DNA of 64,000 bases from Laetmonice hystrix. Taxonomy: Eukaryota. A program made the position numbers and the translations under genes. The stretch covers positions 32,986,001 through 33,050,000 of the forward strand of contig OZ249440.1 in the NCBI GenBank assembly GCA_965235115.1. The letters are read 5' to 3'. The notes under the pieces are model-generated. The model ran no database searches and was not told the origin of the DNA. It worked only from the letters and a program-made list of their open reading frames with translations. Shown piece by piece: positions 62,960 through 64,000 of this stretch (position 1 is its first letter; each line of letters begins with the position of its first letter).

Positions 62960-64000
62960 CAGGTTCCAACTTGAACATTAGTGTGGAACGTTTTGTCACA
63001 CTAAGACTGTACTGTACGTCCGACACCAGAGGTGGTGTCGGACGTACGGTGTCGGACGTACACATTTTAAAGATAAAAAATAAAAACCCTTTGACTAGAA
63101 TTTAGAAAGATAATTATATAGATATGTTTGGGCCCTCGTGCTAAAAGAGGATTCTTAGTTTCCTTGATGAATGACACTTCCTTGATGAATGACACAGCAC
63201 CTTGGTACAAATTGAAAAAACTATGTTTTTTCGGTGTCGGACGTACATGGCTGGGTAAAAATTTTTATTTGCCCCCCTTTTTTTACAGGAAAGAAGAAAT
63301 TAGTAATTTTGTTTAATAATTTACTGCACAGCCATTACTGCTTAAAATGAGGGATAAATCACTTCTTTCTTTGTGGTCTGTTACAGAAATGTACATTCCA
63401 TTAATTTCCTCTTACAGAAAAAGTCAGTGACGAGAGGTGCCTATTAGTATACATTTAACATGATTTTTTGGAGACATTTCTGGATCTGATCTCAAAATTT
63501 TTAATATTTTCTTAAAATTCTGCTTTTTTACCTCAAAACGACACCAAATTTGACAATATCCATTGAAAATGAAATTTTAACCCCCAGGTTGACATTTCCA
63601 TGGAACTGCCCCTCTATCCGAAGTTATGGACATTTTAAGTGTGAAAAAATGGGGCTTTCGTGGGACAATTCTCCCATAGGGATGAGGTTGAAAACATGGC
63701 ACAAATTTGGCTTTTTTATGTCTAGCTTTTTGATGAAGAAGTAAATAACTTTGGATGTTTTGGGCCAATATTCTTAATCTTGGCCTTATTTTGCAGATCT
63801 AAGTCAGTAGAAAAGATAAGATGAAGAAAAAATTATGTCGGCCATATGGTGTGACGTCAAATAGACGTCTGTAAAAGACGTCATTTCGACTTTCATTTTC
63901 AACCTGTATCAGACGTCATTTAGACATGGCTGTATGACGTCATTCTCTACTACTTTTGCCCACTGGGTAAGACTAAAAGATCGATACACTTGAGTAAATA

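Larger units (their letters stand above)
57294..63611 (-). mobile_element. Full-length Sola2-like DNA transposon
   Basis: TIR GGGCAGTTCCA(C/T)GG at both ends; exact 4-bp TSD CTCT (57290-57293, 63612-63615); subterminal GGTGTCGGACGTAC repeats at both ends; transposase ORF inside. Confidence 0.85.

Noticed and set aside
63850..63968. TIR element ending CCCACTGGG|TA
   Set aside because: Only one end is visible and no partner TIR or TSD was found

Overview
Eukaryotic, probably marine invertebrate, genomic DNA made almost entirely of nested transposable elements; I recognise no host gene. (1) A large Helentron (Helitron2) gene on the + strand, with a probable first exon at 7455-7517 and main body at 13811-22385. 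It encodes two tandem herpes-tegument-like (VTD) deubiquitinase domains (one with intact catalytic residues, one without), 17-aa repeats, an HUH Rep, a PIF1 helicase and an AP endonuclease. It is broken by two frameshifts. (2) A decayed BEL/Pao LTR element. (3) A ~16 kb cluster (27.7-43.9 kb) of same-orientation non-autonomous Helentron elements (HINE-like) joined at CTAG|TT. Several appear inserted into each other's 5' (TAT)n tract, and each carries 146-bp internal tandem repeats. (4) A decayed LINE-type ORF1 fused to a NADAR/YbiA domain. (5) A P/THAP9 transposase fragment and an I/Nimb-clade LINE. (6) A complete Sola2-like DNA transposon (57294-63611, 4-bp TSD) with an intact transposase ORF. 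(7) Many MITEs with readable TIRs and TSDs. All calls come from reading motifs by eye, without database searches.
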